A stretch of 64,000 nucleotides of DNA from an uncultured delta proteobacterium (GCA_963850305.1 CAWKKR010000001.1:352001-416000), one strand, 5' to 3'; shown: positions 41,879-52,349, numbered from the stretch's first letter. Notes: generated by a model not told the origin, from the sequence alone. A program made the numbers and translations.

Positions 41879-43264
41879 TTACAGGAACCAGCGAACGCCG
41901 AGAAATACCTGATACCGGTCGAATTCGAGCTGATCTGCTGCGGTGTTTTGTACATTCAGCGGAATCAAGCGCGACGTGAGCTCCGCGTCGTAGCGAAACG
42001 TCGCGTTGATGCCCACTGTCGGCCCTGGCCGGTACTCGAAAAAGGCCAGTGCATCCAGGCGATTTTCCGTCTCGTCGCCCGCAACTCGCGGAGTTCCATC
42101 CGGGAAGTACGACGGAGGGCGCGTGATGTGGTTCAGGCCTCCGACCAAGTCCAGGACAAAGTGGTCAGCGAAGAAATAGGCGGCACTGAGATAGCCTCGA
42201 TCTTGCTGAAGGTATTGACCCAGATAGCTCACCGCGAAGGAGCGGCGATACCCGAGAGAGACCGAGGAGAGGCCCACTGGCGCGCCGTGCTCCGGTAACT
42301 TTTCCTGGGGAGTCGGGTACCAGGTCACTTCTGCCTGTCCGATGAAGTTGTCGTAGTTTTCCGGATGCCCAACCTTCGACCCGTAAAACGACTCGCCCCA
42401 CCCACCCAACACGAGCATTCCAAAGTAGTTCGAGACGAGACCGTTGATACCGATCTCGGAACTCAAGCTCTCGCCGTTGTTCAGAGACTCCGACTGCGGC
42501 GTTTCATCGAAATGAAGCCACTTGAGCTCGCCTTGATAAATGAGCGCGGTGCGGGGCAGAAACTTCCAGCTGCCAGACGTTTCCACCGAGTGCTGAAGGT
42601 TGTTCAGGTCCGTGTACTGGCTGTCCTCGAAGAACGTCCCTTGTAGCTTGTAGCCTAAGCGCCATTCGAAGAGCCCACCGCCAGGCCGCCAGACGAGGCC
42701 TGCGCCAGCTCTCACAATGTCCCGGCGCCACGCATTGCCGACATCGGCCTCATTGGAGGCCTCGAGAATCCGATGAAAATCGGCGGAAATGTCTCCACCC
42801 CAAGCTCGACCCGGGAGGATCTCCGCCCCAAGGCCAGCGATTCCCGAGACGTTGTTTTGCTTGGTAGCGTCACTCGAATACTGGCTGCCCGTGGCAAACA
42901 TGAAATTTGCCGTGGCAGCCAGATTACCCTTGAGACGAAGGACCGGTGCGGGTCCGCCGCCCTCGTCAGCTTCCCGCGAACCCGTGGAGACGAACGACAC
43001 GGACGGCGTCAGTCGAAGACGAAACGAAGGAACCACCGGCTCGTTCACCCGCGGCGGCCCTATGACGTTGTCGCCGGACGCCTGGAAGTAGTTCGAGTCG
43101 TAACCACCCTCGGCCGCGACGCCAGGATGGAACTCAAAGTCGCCGGCCTTGACGCCAAGCCCCTCGGTAAGGCGAGGGTCCGACAGAAACGCCTGCGCCC
43201 ATACATTCGTGGAGTGGGCCGTACAGGCTACGGCGAGGGCCGCGACAAGAAAGCGGGGCTTCAT
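41879..43264 (-). CDS. Outer-membrane beta-barrel (EpsX/Wzp-like polysaccharide porin)
   Basis: FHPGV...GYDSN N-terminal motif, aromatic-rich strands, C-terminal FLGVRWFL; adjacent to short OPX. Confidence 0.78.
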   Translation of the reverse strand: MKPRFLVAALAVACTAHSTNVWAQAFLSDPRLTEGLGVKAGDFEFHPGVAAEGGYDSNYFQASGDNVIGPPRVNEPVVPSFRLRLTPSVSFVSTGSREADEGGGPAPVLRLKGNLAATANFMFATGSQYSSDATKQNNVSGIAGLGAEILPGRAWGGDISADFHRILEASNEADVGNAWRRDIVRAGAGLVWRPGGGLFEWRLGYKLQGTFFEDSQYTDLNNLQHSVETSGSWKFLPRTALIYQGELKWLHFDETPQSESLNNGESLSSEIGINGLVSNYFGMLVLGGWGESFYGSKVGHPENYDNFIGQAEVTWYPTPQEKLPEHGAPVGLSSVSLGYRRSFAVSYLGQYLQQDRGYLSAAYFFADHFVLDLVGGLNHITRPPSYFPDGTPRVAGDETENRLDALAFFEYRPGPTVGINATFRYDAELTSRLIPLNVQNTAADQLEFDRYQVFLGVRWFL

Positions 43265-43320
43265 AAGTGAGCTGATCCTCTCAGTGCTTCGAGCAAAAAC
43301 GAGACCTGTCGATGCTCAGC

Positions 43321-43923
43321 TCACATCGTTGGGCTGGAGACCACGGGCGTTTGATCGATCACATCCGTGTCGTAACCGAGTTGGTCAGGATCGGTGTCGG
43401 GGATGCCCGGATCGACTTGGACCGTCACCTGGGACTCGCCGATGAACCCGGCCTCCTCGCCGATGCACTGATTCGCCTCCCGAACGAGTTCTTCCGTTCG
43501 ATCTCGCAGCACCTGCAAAATCATGAACTCGTGACGGGCGCGATCCTTGTCTTTCGCTGCGACGGCACCCTGAAGGGTGGTGACTCGATCCTTCGAGGAT
43601 CGAACCGCGACGTCGATCTGATTGACCTTGTCGTTCAGACACAAGGTCTTCACGATGTCCCTCGCCGCGCGTGCTTGCTCGAGCATCGCGCGCACGGTCG
43701 TCGTGTTCGTGTCCATCCTTGCGATGTAGTCGTGGGCCAAGGCGAGCTGCTGTTCCGGGGGCAACTCGAGCTCGCGCGGGGCCGAAATCTCGGCGGTGGC
43801 GCCGTCATTGGCGGCAGCGAGTATTGGAAGGAGATTGCCGGGTACCTGCGCGGCTGCGACGCTGAGGACGCTGAGCGTCGCCGCACCCGCCACGACAGAC
43901 CAAGTGATCCTTTTCAAGCGCAT
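43321..43923 (-). CDS. Secreted helical protein
   Basis: Signal peptide; RDIVKTLCLNDK...EANQCIG Cys pair; GGGAGG RBS. Confidence 0.78.
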   Translation of the reverse strand: MRLKRITWSVVAGAATLSVLSVAAAQVPGNLLPILAAANDGATAEISAPRELELPPEQQLALAHDYIARMDTNTTTVRAMLEQARAARDIVKTLCLNDKVNQIDVAVRSSKDRVTTLQGAVAAKDKDRARHEFMILQVLRDRTEELVREANQCIGEEAGFIGESQVTVQVDPGIPDTDPDQLGYDTDVIDQTPVVSSPTM

Positions 43924-43969
43924 TGGCAGTGGCCTCCCTCGTAAAAGGCTGGACCAGAAAACAGGCGCG

Positions 43970-43999
43970 AGTATAGGAGATGCTCCTCCAAGCTGTCAA
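43970..43999 (-). promoter_or_regulatory. Sigma70-type promoter for helical protein/barrel/OPX operon
   Basis: TTGACA (43999-43994), 18 bp, TATACT (43975-43970). Confidence 0.7.
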
Positions 44000-44062
44000 C
44001 GCAGTGCGACGCCCGAAAAGTCCTTTGGTTTCTCACGCCTAGCACCTCTGGCACAGGAAAGC

Positions 44063-44100
44063 GGAAAAGAACCTGCGCACCGGTGCCGTCCGGTGCGAGC
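44063..44100 (-). terminator. Intrinsic terminator after gltG-like gene
   Basis: 8-bp perfect stem CGCACCGG/CCGGTGCG (44076-44097) followed on minus strand by CAGGTTCTTTT. Confidence 0.55.
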
Positions 44101-44151
44101 AGGGCATCTCACATTCACGGCCCGCCCTCAGCTCTTTCGAACAGCGTGAAC

Positions 44152-45543
44152 TTACTGCTTGACGAATGATACGGGGACCTGAATCACGGCCATGCCCCCC
44201 TGCGGAGGATCGAACTGAGCGGCCTGTGCGCGCGCCTTGACGCAGCCAACCACCGAGGCCGGTAAGTTCCCGCTCGGGGAAGCACCCACCCCCTGAACCT
44301 CCCCCCCTGGCCCAACGCGAATCGACAGCCCGATCCGTCCCTCGATGTCCGGGTTCTGAGCCAGGCCGCGGTTGTAACAGTTACGGAAACCAGCGCGCAT
44401 CCCCGCAACCACCCTGGCCGCATTGCTGACCGAGCCGCCGCTCACATTTGCCGCGCCAGTGGATGCATTGCCGTGGGGACCCTGAACGGCCTGCGTCTTT
44501 CCGAGGCCGCCACCACCGCCTGGTCCAGTCGAGCCGATCGATCCCAGACCACCGCCAGCGGCGCCAGGGCGGATTGCACCGCCGCCGCCCACACTTAGAC
44601 CGCCGACGCCCACGCCCGCACTGCTTGCTGCAGCTCTGTCGAGAGCTCCGGTGGGAACCTCCCCCTTCGTCAAGACGCCCTCGGTGGCTGCGCCCGCTCC
44701 GAGGGCCCCAAGGGTCGCCATCTCCATCTGGTCGAGCTGATTGCTCAGCGCCGCAGCCTTTGCCTCACTCATCGCGCCCGCTTTGCCCGGAGCAGCATTC
44801 GACTTCGCCGCGGCTTTTGGCGCCTCAGTCGGCGCCTTGGTCTCTTGTGCCGTGTTGTCTGGCTTGTCCTCGGGCACTTCGACCGGAGGAGGAGGAGGCA
44901 TGCTCCTCAACGCGTCCAGCAGATTGCTCACGTTCGCGTCGTAATCCACCACCGGATCGAGCCACTCCGAATAGATCGAGCCGATCGCGGAGAAGTGAAT
45001 GAGGAACGAGAACGCGGCGATCATCGTGGTCGCCCAGTCGATCGACGTCGCACCGCGCATGACCGAAACGGGCAGCTGCGGCTTCGGCTGCACCGGCGGC
45101 GGCGCGACGAACTGAAACAGGAATGTCGTCTCTCCGAGGACAACCTTCCCCCGGGAGTCTTCCGTGAGGCGAATCTGATACGCCCCCTGCTGGTTTCGAC
45201 GCGCCTGCCCTTTGAGCATTCCGAGATCCGAAATGCCGGTGGGCAGCGCCACGCGACCCGTCATTCCCTCGAGAAAATTAAGGCAGTAATCGCTGCCCAC
45301 CAGCTCGAAGAGGCGAAATGTCGCCGGCAGCTCCGTCGTCGCGACGACGAACATGTTTTTTTCGTTCGGACCCACCGTCACGTGCGTGCGCTGTTTGATA
45401 ATGCGCTCTTCGATGACACGCCCTGCCTGTACCAACCCAATCCGAAGAACCTTTGGACCCGTCGCGGCAACCGCCCGCATGACGGCCGTCATCTGACCGG
45501 GACGACCTCCCTGGGCTGGGTTGGGGTGGCTCTGCTGTGTCAT
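44152..45543 (-). CDS. GltG-like protein (FHA-like N-term, TM, Pro/Gly linker, AgmX/PglI TonB-C-like C-term)
   Basis: GKVVLGETTFLFQFV, FSFLIHF TM with His, FRNCYNRGL..P.IEG...C...F.PP. Confidence 0.8.
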   Translation of the reverse strand: MTQQSHPNPAQGGRPGQMTAVMRAVAATGPKVLRIGLVQAGRVIEERIIKQRTHVTVGPNEKNMFVVATTELPATFRLFELVGSDYCLNFLEGMTGRVALPTGISDLGMLKGQARRNQQGAYQIRLTEDSRGKVVLGETTFLFQFVAPPPVQPKPQLPVSVMRGATSIDWATTMIAAFSFLIHFSAIGSIYSEWLDPVVDYDANVSNLLDALRSMPPPPPVEVPEDKPDNTAQETKAPTEAPKAAAKSNAAPGKAGAMSEAKAAALSNQLDQMEMATLGALGAGAATEGVLTKGEVPTGALDRAAASSAGVGVGGLSVGGGGAIRPGAAGGGLGSIGSTGPGGGGGLGKTQAVQGPHGNASTGAANVSGGSVSNAARVVAGMRAGFRNCYNRGLAQNPDIEGRIGLSIRVGPGGEVQGVGASPSGNLPASVVGCVKARAQAAQFDPPQGGMAVIQVPVSFVKQ

Positions 45544-45675
45544 CGAAGGATCCTTCCGAGCAATCGCGAGGGCGCCGTGGTTTGCCGCTTCCGCTCACCT
45601 ACACTAGCGTAACCCAAGCAAAGCCCTCGGGTCCATCAGAAGAGCGGCGCCATCGCGGAAGGTGCAACCCCTGCG

Positions 45676-46245
45676 TCATGACGTCTCGGACCCCGGATTC
45701 AATGGATCCTTTGCGACATTCGGCTCGAGGCGTTTCCCCAGGGACGCGCCTACCCGATCCCACCTCGTCTTGGCGTCCGCGACGCGCCGGGCGCGGAGAC
45801 GACCCAGCTCGAAACAGGCGACAGCTGCGAGACATCCGATGATGAACGAGGCCCCGGCAGCCGACCACCCCGCCGACGGATGAGCAACATGATCCGCGAG
45901 CTCCAACACCGCCCCGAGGGTCCCCGAGAACAGGGACGCGCGGAACGCGGCCCTTGCGACGCCATCGCCTTCCGACAGAGAGCGCGCGCGGTCGCCCAAG
46001 AGTTCGTTGACGGCGACCGCCCCTGCCGCCGGTGATCCCGGGGAAACGATCGTCTCGACGGATGTTTGGTCAGCATCCGGAAAAATGTCGTGAAGAGCCT
46101 GGGCGACGATCGCCCCATTTTTCGACAAGAGCAGGGCCGCTTGCTCGTCCTTCGGCGGCGCGGAGCGCGTCACCAGACGAACCTGGTGCAGGGCCGCTCC
46201 GGCTCCGCCCAGACCCACCGACGCCGCGATGAGGACCCCGAACAC
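45676..46245 (-). CDS. 3-TM membrane protein, possibly degenerate MotA/TolQ/ExbB-like
   Basis: N-terminal TM, loop, TM pair (SLFSGTLGAVL; AGASFIIGCLAAV). Confidence 0.55.
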   Translation of the reverse strand: MFGVLIAASVGLGGAGAALHQVRLVTRSAPPKDEQAALLLSKNGAIVAQALHDIFPDADQTSVETIVSPGSPAAGAVAVNELLGDRARSLSEGDGVARAAFRASLFSGTLGAVLELADHVAHPSAGWSAAGASFIIGCLAAVACFELGRLRARRVADAKTRWDRVGASLGKRLEPNVAKDPLNPGSETS

Positions 46246-46249
46246 GGCA

Positions 46250-46507
46250 TCAAAATGGATCGCGTGATATGGCCTTCTCGATCCGCTGGAGAAACGGCTG
46301 GCGCAGCTCGGCGAGAGTCAACTTTGGTTGGATACGGCTCACGTCCACCGCTGCAATCGGCTTCTGCACTCGACCCACGATGGTGACGTCGCTGATCGTA
46401 ATCACACGTCCCTTTGCGCTGTCGGCGCGTGCGGACACGGCGGCTGCGACTGCACCGACGCTGACAGCGATACATGCGAGATATCGGATCATGCGAACCT
46501 CCATCAT
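46250..46507 (-). CDS. GltF/CglF-like small secreted protein
   Basis: Signal peptide, VITISDVTIVGRVQKP, FLQRIEKA; lies after GltE-like gene. Confidence 0.7.
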   Translation of the reverse strand: MMEVRMIRYLACIAVSVGAVAAAVSARADSAKGRVITISDVTIVGRVQKPIAAVDVSRIQPKLTLAELRQPFLQRIEKAISRDPF

Positions 46508-48036
46508 TTGCTCGGAAAGGATGCCTTTGAGCCGGGACCGGACGCTGCGGCGGGGGCCGGTGCCGAGGGCGCCGCGGCAGGGGCCGTGGCCGGGGGAGCG
46601 GAGGTGCCGCTGTTACCGGTGAGCGGAGGCGGTGCAGCGGCACTGGTGGGGGCCCCAGCAGGCGCTTGAGTGGGGGCCGCAGCAGGGGGGGGGGTTGCCG
46701 CGGGAGCGGGCGGCGGCGCGCTCGCCTCCGCTTGCAGGATGGCTTTCTTGTTCTTGGCGCGACTCAACAGCTCATCGACGTCATCGCCCGCGCCGGCCTT
46801 CGTCCTGGGGCGCATGGACTTGAACGTCTCGAGCTCCGCGATGGCCTTGTCGACGGCCTGCGCCGGCGTTGTGTTCGGGATCCCGCTCGAGAACAGGTAC
46901 AGCAGGCCCAGGTTGTAATGTACCTCCGCGACCGTCGGATCCTTATTGACGACCCACTCCAGATGCTTCAGTGCGTCCGCCGGTCGCCCTTCGAGACGAT
47001 AAGCGTCGCCGAGATCCAGATGGATCAATGTGTTCGACGCATCGTAACCGAGCGCGTTTTCCAGGAGGGGCACGGCGTCCGTCGCGTTGCCTGCCTCCAG
47101 CATGTACGTGGCGAGGTCGACCTTGGCCTCGATGAGATCCGGTCTCAACTCGACAGCACGCTTGAAGTCCGCGAACGCGTCCCGGCGACGGCCTTGTTCC
47201 TTGTAGATGAGGGCTCGCAGCAGCAGAGCCTCAGCGTTGTCCTTGTCTCGCGGTGGGTTTTCTGGCCCATATCCGTCGAGGATTGCCGTAAGCGTATAGA
47301 GGGCAAGGTCGAGCCTGCGGTTGCGATAGTGATCACGTGCCAGCGTGACCATCGCCGGTCGGCAGTCGGGGTTCTTCTTCAGCGCTTCCTGCGCTAGCTG
47401 CTGAGCGTCGGCCGAGTCCTTCTCGATCGACTTCACCTCGGCGAGCGCCGCAAGCACTGTCGCGCTATCCGGGAGCATGGCGCGTTCCCGATTCAGAAAA
47501 TCTTCTGCCTCGCTCGTGTCCCCGGTCTTCGCGAGCAAGAGCGCATATGCCGAGATAGCCGGCTCGTAGCCTTTCACGACGCCATAGGCCGCGCGATACG
47601 CCGAGAGTGCCGCCGACTTCGACCCCAGCCGCTCCTGAACGACGCCCTCCGAGTAGTCCGCTTGATACGCGTTCGGGTCGGCTTCGGAGGCGCGCGAGAA
47701 TTGTGCCTTGGCGCCCTGAAGATCACCGGCCTGGAATGCCTGGACCCCCGCTTGGTACGCCTGGGTGCCAGCAGCATTCATCACCGGACCTTTCGGGGTC
47801 GACGGAGCCTCCACGGGCTGAACCGAGGCCGGCGCCGCCTGTTCGACGTTACTCGTGGTGGCGGCGGGAGCAGCCGAAGTTGCTTCGTTTGGGGCCGCTT
47901 GGGGCGCAGGAGAAGCGGGCGTTTGCGGTTCCGTTTGCGCTCCGCCCCCGCACGCCACGGCGAGCAAGGCGACCAGACTCCCGAACGCGTGCACCCGCAT
48001 GGCGACTAAGTGCTTCGACATGGCCTTCCTCGTCAT
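46504..48036 (-). CDS. TPR lipoprotein, GltE/AglT-like
   Basis: LLAVAC lipobox, multiple TPRs (VHYNLGLLY), Pro/Ala tails. Confidence 0.8.
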   Translation of the reverse strand: MTRKAMSKHLVAMRVHAFGSLVALLAVACGGGAQTEPQTPASPAPQAAPNEATSAAPAATTSNVEQAAPASVQPVEAPSTPKGPVMNAAGTQAYQAGVQAFQAGDLQGAKAQFSRASEADPNAYQADYSEGVVQERLGSKSAALSAYRAAYGVVKGYEPAISAYALLLAKTGDTSEAEDFLNRERAMLPDSATVLAALAEVKSIEKDSADAQQLAQEALKKNPDCRPAMVTLARDHYRNRRLDLALYTLTAILDGYGPENPPRDKDNAEALLLRALIYKEQGRRRDAFADFKRAVELRPDLIEAKVDLATYMLEAGNATDAVPLLENALGYDASNTLIHLDLGDAYRLEGRPADALKHLEWVVNKDPTVAEVHYNLGLLYLFSSGIPNTTPAQAVDKAIAELETFKSMRPRTKAGAGDDVDELLSRAKNKKAILQAEASAPPPAPAATPPPAAAPTQAPAGAPTSAAAPPPLTGNSGTSAPPATAPAAAPSAPAPAAASGPGSKASFPSK

Positions 48037-51000
48037 TGCAGCGACGCCGGTAGCGGCGAGGCCATCCCGCTCGGCTCTGGCGAGGAGTCGAGCCCCGGTC
48101 GAATCCGAAGGAACATCCCCTCGGTGTAGTTGAGATCCTTCACATGTGCGGCGTACGCTGGCATCTTCGCCTCGCCGATCACGTCCGTAAAGAACGCCAG
48201 ACGCTGGATCGCGTGGATGATTGCGGGATTCGAGACGTTGTACCTACGCGCGAGCATCACGGCATTCCCGTAGCGATCGACCATGATCGCGTCGGCGCTG
48301 TTCAGCTCCTGCTCGCGCTTGTCACGCCACTTGTTGGTCACGGCGGTTCGCGCAGCGTCCGCCTTGTCCTGGAGGTCGGTGTTGTCGCTGTTCTCCGCCA
48401 TTTTGAGGAGTTTTTCCGTCTTGGCGTCGAACATGACCAGTGCTGGCGGGCGCGTCTCGTAGAGGCCGGTCCGGAGCGAATCGTAGAGTGAGCCCTGGCG
48501 CGCGATGGCTGCCGCCGCAAACTCCGGAGCCGCGTAATAATCGACGATCTTCTGTAGCTTATCATAGTACTTCTTGGCGTCGATTGCGTCGGCCTGATAA
48601 CTCTTGATGACATCCACCGGGGTGCCCTTGTACCGGTGGTGGCCGGTGTCGTAGTCGAACGAGTTTCGGATCTCGTCGTCGAGAAGGGTGAAGGCCCCTT
48701 CCGCGGCCATCGAAGCTTCCGGTGAGCCTACGGCAGAATCCGATCCGTCCTTCGCCTTCGGAGCAACGGCGCGATACCGATCGAATGCCTTGATCGTGTC
48801 CTGCCATGCCTCGTTTACGCCCGGTGATTTCCCGGCGCGCTTCGACTTCGCGATATTGTAGGCGGCTCGCACGACGTACTCCGCCGCAGCGTCGTTGTTC
48901 TTGTTCTGATCGTAATACGTCTTCATCGACGTCTCCGCGTGGTGACGCGCGGCCTCGTTCGCCCCGGTGTCGGGAGAGAACTCGTCCCACTTCTTCATGT
49001 CCGCGCTCGCGAAGATGAAATCCGCCTCGGCGCGTTCCTTTGGCGATGCTCCGAGCATGAAGAACCGATCCCGCGCTCGCGACAAGCCGGTCGCGTCCCC
49101 GAGACTCGCGTAGAGGCTGAGCGCCTGCTTCGCGGCCGCCCGCTGGTCGTCCTCGGGGAAATGCGTGTTCCGACTTATGGCGTCGAAAGTCTCTGCAGCC
49201 TTCGGGTAGTTGAAGAACAGGACGCGCGCGTTGGCGAGCGCGTCGTACGCCATCTTCAGATACTTGACGCGATCCTCGTACTTCTTCTCGTCCTGAGCCA
49301 CTGGCGGGGTGGCCTTGGGATCGCCGTGTTGTAGCGCCGAGAGCTTCTGCTCATTGCCGTACCGCGCGATGAAGAGCTCGTACATCGCGATCGCCTTGTC
49401 GTATTCGCCCACCTGCTTGTATGCGAACGCGCCATTCATAGCCGCCTCCGGGGCCTCGTCGCGATCCGGCGCCGCATCGAGCGCGGTCTTGTATGCAGCC
49501 GCAGCCTCGCGCCACTTCTTGTCGCGCTCCGGCCCCGGCGACATCTTCTCCGCCTCGTCATAGAGCTTGCGTGCGTCCAGGTACGCGACGCCTTGCTGTA
49601 CGGGCTTGCGGATCGCCTCTTCCGCCGCCCTCGAGTCCTCATTGTACGCGCAGCTCTTCGCCTCGGCGAGCTTTCGGCTCGTCGCAGCGTCCCCCGCGAA
49701 GTTGCTCATGCTGATGAGCTTCTCCCACGCCTTGTAGCCCCACTCGTTCTGGCCACAATACTCTTCGTAGATCGGTTCATAGCGAGCCTTCGCTTCATCG
49801 AAATGGCCGTAGACGAAGTAGTAGTCTGCTGCCTGGAAGGCGTAGAGAAGGCCGTTCTTCTCTGGGTCTCGATCGAGTGGGATTCGAGCGTTGTAATCAT
49901 CCCGAGCAGCGATCGCGTCGAGAACCTCCTGTGGAATCGGATCCGTCACAACCTTCCGCGAGTCACCCTCGCCGGCGAACTTCACCGCGTCGCGCTTCTC
50001 GAACCCCTGGGTGCCACCAGACGCCTGATATTGGCGGTACTTGTCTTCGAGTATCTTCTCCGAAATGCTCACCAGGTCGTACGCGGCCGGCTGCAGATAC
50101 TTGTCGTCCTCGTTCGAATCACGAACGTCGACCAGCGAGCACCTGGCGCTCTGAATCTCGGCCGGCGTCGGCGTTCTCCCGACGGCGATCTGCAACACGA
50201 CGATCCAGTAGCGAGCGTCGGCGAGCCAAAACCGACTCTCATAGGCGTCGAGCGCAGTTGGATCCTGCTCGATGTAGGCGTTCCAACCAGTCTCTGCGAG
50301 ACGGTACTCTGCAATCGCCTTCTCAATCAGTGGCCGCTGCTCATTCTCGTCGGTGAGTTGCTTTGCCTGCTGGAAGAAGTTGCGCGCGTAGTTCGTGTGA
50401 TCTGCGGCCGCGCGCTGCAGCCCATTCTTGACGAGCTCCTCGGCCGCCGAGAGCGCCTCGGGATCGTCCCGATTCGCGTCGGTCCACGGCGTCGTGCCCA
50501 CATACTCCGCCAGCTTGGTCCGCGCCTCGAGCGCTTTGCCGCCGTACTCGGTTTTGACCGTCGAGCCCGCCGGCGCGAGGCGCGCAAGCTGGTCATAAAG
50601 CTCGGCGACCTTGTTTTGCATCTTCGGCGCATCGCGATTCATCGGGAACTTTGACAGCGTGAGCTCCAGCACCGCGATCGCGTTTCGGTTTTGCGTGATC
50701 TCGATGAACTCTTCCGCCAGCGCCTTGTAGATCTCCACCGTCCACTTCTTGTCTTGCGGGATGAGGGTGGGATCCTGGACGCGATCGATCGCGATATGCA
50801 TCTTGTCTTCCGCGACGAGCGGATTCGTCTCGACGTCCAAGACATCGTTGCGAGGGATGTTGGGGAGATCCGCCGGCGGCCCGTCGAAGTCGACGTACGT
50901 CAAAGAGCCGGCAATGTACGTGTACGCTTCCTGGCGAAAATCGGCACCGGGATCTCCCGTCTTCGCTTCCTGCTCATCGGCGTAGTGAAGCAAGCTGACG

Positions 51001-52349
51001 AAACCGTTGACCGCCGAGCGATACCGCTGCTGCTTGAAGAACGTCCAAGCGCGCTTGTACATGGCGACGCCATAGAGCGGTGGCTTCTCGTACTTCATCG
51101 AGTGATCGTAAGCGCTCATCGCTCGATTCAGCTCGTAGGGGCCGCCCGACACGTCGATTTGGTCGAAGTGGTAATTTCCGATCTGCCACCAGACCTCGGC
51201 GACGTATTTCGGTTCAGCGCCGGGCTCGATGTGCTGCGGAACCGCTTCGCAGGTGTCCGGGTACGGGTTCTTGTAAGTCAGCTCGTCGTCGTCCTTTTTG
51301 AAGGTCGTACCGACTCGCTTCGAGACTGCCCTCCCGTGCCGGCGCGCCGAAGCGCCCCCGACCTGGTCGAGAGGGACGGGATGGCGGTTGTACCAGTCGT
51401 TCCAGAACTTATCGTCGTGATTCTGCGGAAGCGGCTGGAGAAGGATCTTGTCCGAATCCGTCGGGTCGTCCTTAACCTGATATTGATTAATGCAGACGAG
51501 CGCGCGCCAAGCCTGCTGGCCTTCCGCCAGGCGAGAGGAGTCCGTGTACGCGTGACCGAGGAAGTAGTAGACGCCCGCAATCTCCTCGTAGTTCGGATAC
51601 TCGCGGATGATGCGCCGATAGAGGTCGATCGCCGGTCGTAGCGTCTTCGAGAGATCTCCCTCGAAGTCCGAGCGAGCGCGCTCCTCGTAGAGCGCAGCCA
51701 GCCGGTACATCGCGTCGGGCGTCGCCTCCGCGTTGGCATTCGCACCGCTGTACGTCGCCACGAACTTCTCGAGCCGCCGAATCGCTTCGTCACGAGCGTC
51801 CGACAGCGCCTTCTGCTCCACGGTGATCTCGCGGTCGAGGCTGCCCAGCACGCGACGTCGCTTCTCGTCGTAGTGATGCCGCACGATCATCGTGAGCGTG
51901 TCGCGATAATCCTTTGCGTCGGACTCGTACGCGGTGAACTCCTTGTTGATCGCGTCGTACGCCTGGAGTTGCGCGGGCGTCGGAGGTGGCAGGGCGGCGA
52001 CGGTCTTGCGCGGCGTGACGTGTCCGAGGGAGGGCGCGGAGATCGATGGCGCAGCCCCGCACGCCATGGTCACGTTCGACGTCGCGCCTTGACTCGTCCC
52101 GGACGCCGGGGGCAACGAGCCGCTGGACGCGGTCGCCACCGTCATCGAACTCGCGGGCGCAGACGATGCACCCCCGGCGGTCGGCGCGGGCGCAGACTGC
52201 GCCGCACTGGCCGCTGGAGCAGGGCCAGACGGAGCCCCACTGGCCGCCTGAGCGGGAGCGGTCGTGGCTTGCGCCCAGACGCCGGTAGTCGAACTCGCCA
52301 AAGCGAGTACGAGCAGCGAAGCAACAGGTCGTTTGAAACGCGAGATCAC
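48033..52349 (-). CDS. Large secreted TPR protein, GltD/AgmU-like
   Basis: Signal peptide; PDAMYRLAALY.E, YFLG, IGNYHFD, AMYKRAW; 1438 aa. Confidence 0.82.
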   Translation of the reverse strand: MISRFKRPVASLLVLALASSTTGVWAQATTAPAQAASGAPSGPAPAASAAQSAPAPTAGGASSAPASSMTVATASSGSLPPASGTSQGATSNVTMACGAAPSISAPSLGHVTPRKTVAALPPPTPAQLQAYDAINKEFTAYESDAKDYRDTLTMIVRHHYDEKRRRVLGSLDREITVEQKALSDARDEAIRRLEKFVATYSGANANAEATPDAMYRLAALYEERARSDFEGDLSKTLRPAIDLYRRIIREYPNYEEIAGVYYFLGHAYTDSSRLAEGQQAWRALVCINQYQVKDDPTDSDKILLQPLPQNHDDKFWNDWYNRHPVPLDQVGGASARRHGRAVSKRVGTTFKKDDDELTYKNPYPDTCEAVPQHIEPGAEPKYVAEVWWQIGNYHFDQIDVSGGPYELNRAMSAYDHSMKYEKPPLYGVAMYKRAWTFFKQQRYRSAVNGFVSLLHYADEQEAKTGDPGADFRQEAYTYIAGSLTYVDFDGPPADLPNIPRNDVLDVETNPLVAEDKMHIAIDRVQDPTLIPQDKKWTVEIYKALAEEFIEITQNRNAIAVLELTLSKFPMNRDAPKMQNKVAELYDQLARLAPAGSTVKTEYGGKALEARTKLAEYVGTTPWTDANRDDPEALSAAEELVKNGLQRAAADHTNYARNFFQQAKQLTDENEQRPLIEKAIAEYRLAETGWNAYIEQDPTALDAYESRFWLADARYWIVVLQIAVGRTPTPAEIQSARCSLVDVRDSNEDDKYLQPAAYDLVSISEKILEDKYRQYQASGGTQGFEKRDAVKFAGEGDSRKVVTDPIPQEVLDAIAARDDYNARIPLDRDPEKNGLLYAFQAADYYFVYGHFDEAKARYEPIYEEYCGQNEWGYKAWEKLISMSNFAGDAATSRKLAEAKSCAYNEDSRAAEEAIRKPVQQGVAYLDARKLYDEAEKMSPGPERDKKWREAAAAYKTALDAAPDRDEAPEAAMNGAFAYKQVGEYDKAIAMYELFIARYGNEQKLSALQHGDPKATPPVAQDEKKYEDRVKYLKMAYDALANARVLFFNYPKAAETFDAISRNTHFPEDDQRAAAKQALSLYASLGDATGLSRARDRFFMLGASPKERAEADFIFASADMKKWDEFSPDTGANEAARHHAETSMKTYYDQNKNNDAAAEYVVRAAYNIAKSKRAGKSPGVNEAWQDTIKAFDRYRAVAPKAKDGSDSAVGSPEASMAAEGAFTLLDDEIRNSFDYDTGHHRYKGTPVDVIKSYQADAIDAKKYYDKLQKIVDYYAAPEFAAAAIARQGSLYDSLRTGLYETRPPALVMFDAKTEKLLKMAENSDNTDLQDKADAARTAVTNKWRDKREQELNSADAIMVDRYGNAVMLARRYNVSNPAIIHAIQRLAFFTDVIGEAKMPAYAAHVKDLNYTEGMFLRIRPGLDSSPEPSGMASPLPASLQ

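Noticed and set aside
44049..44062. TGGCAC sigma54-like site
   Set aside because: GG-GC spacing is off by one and it points away from the nearby gene start
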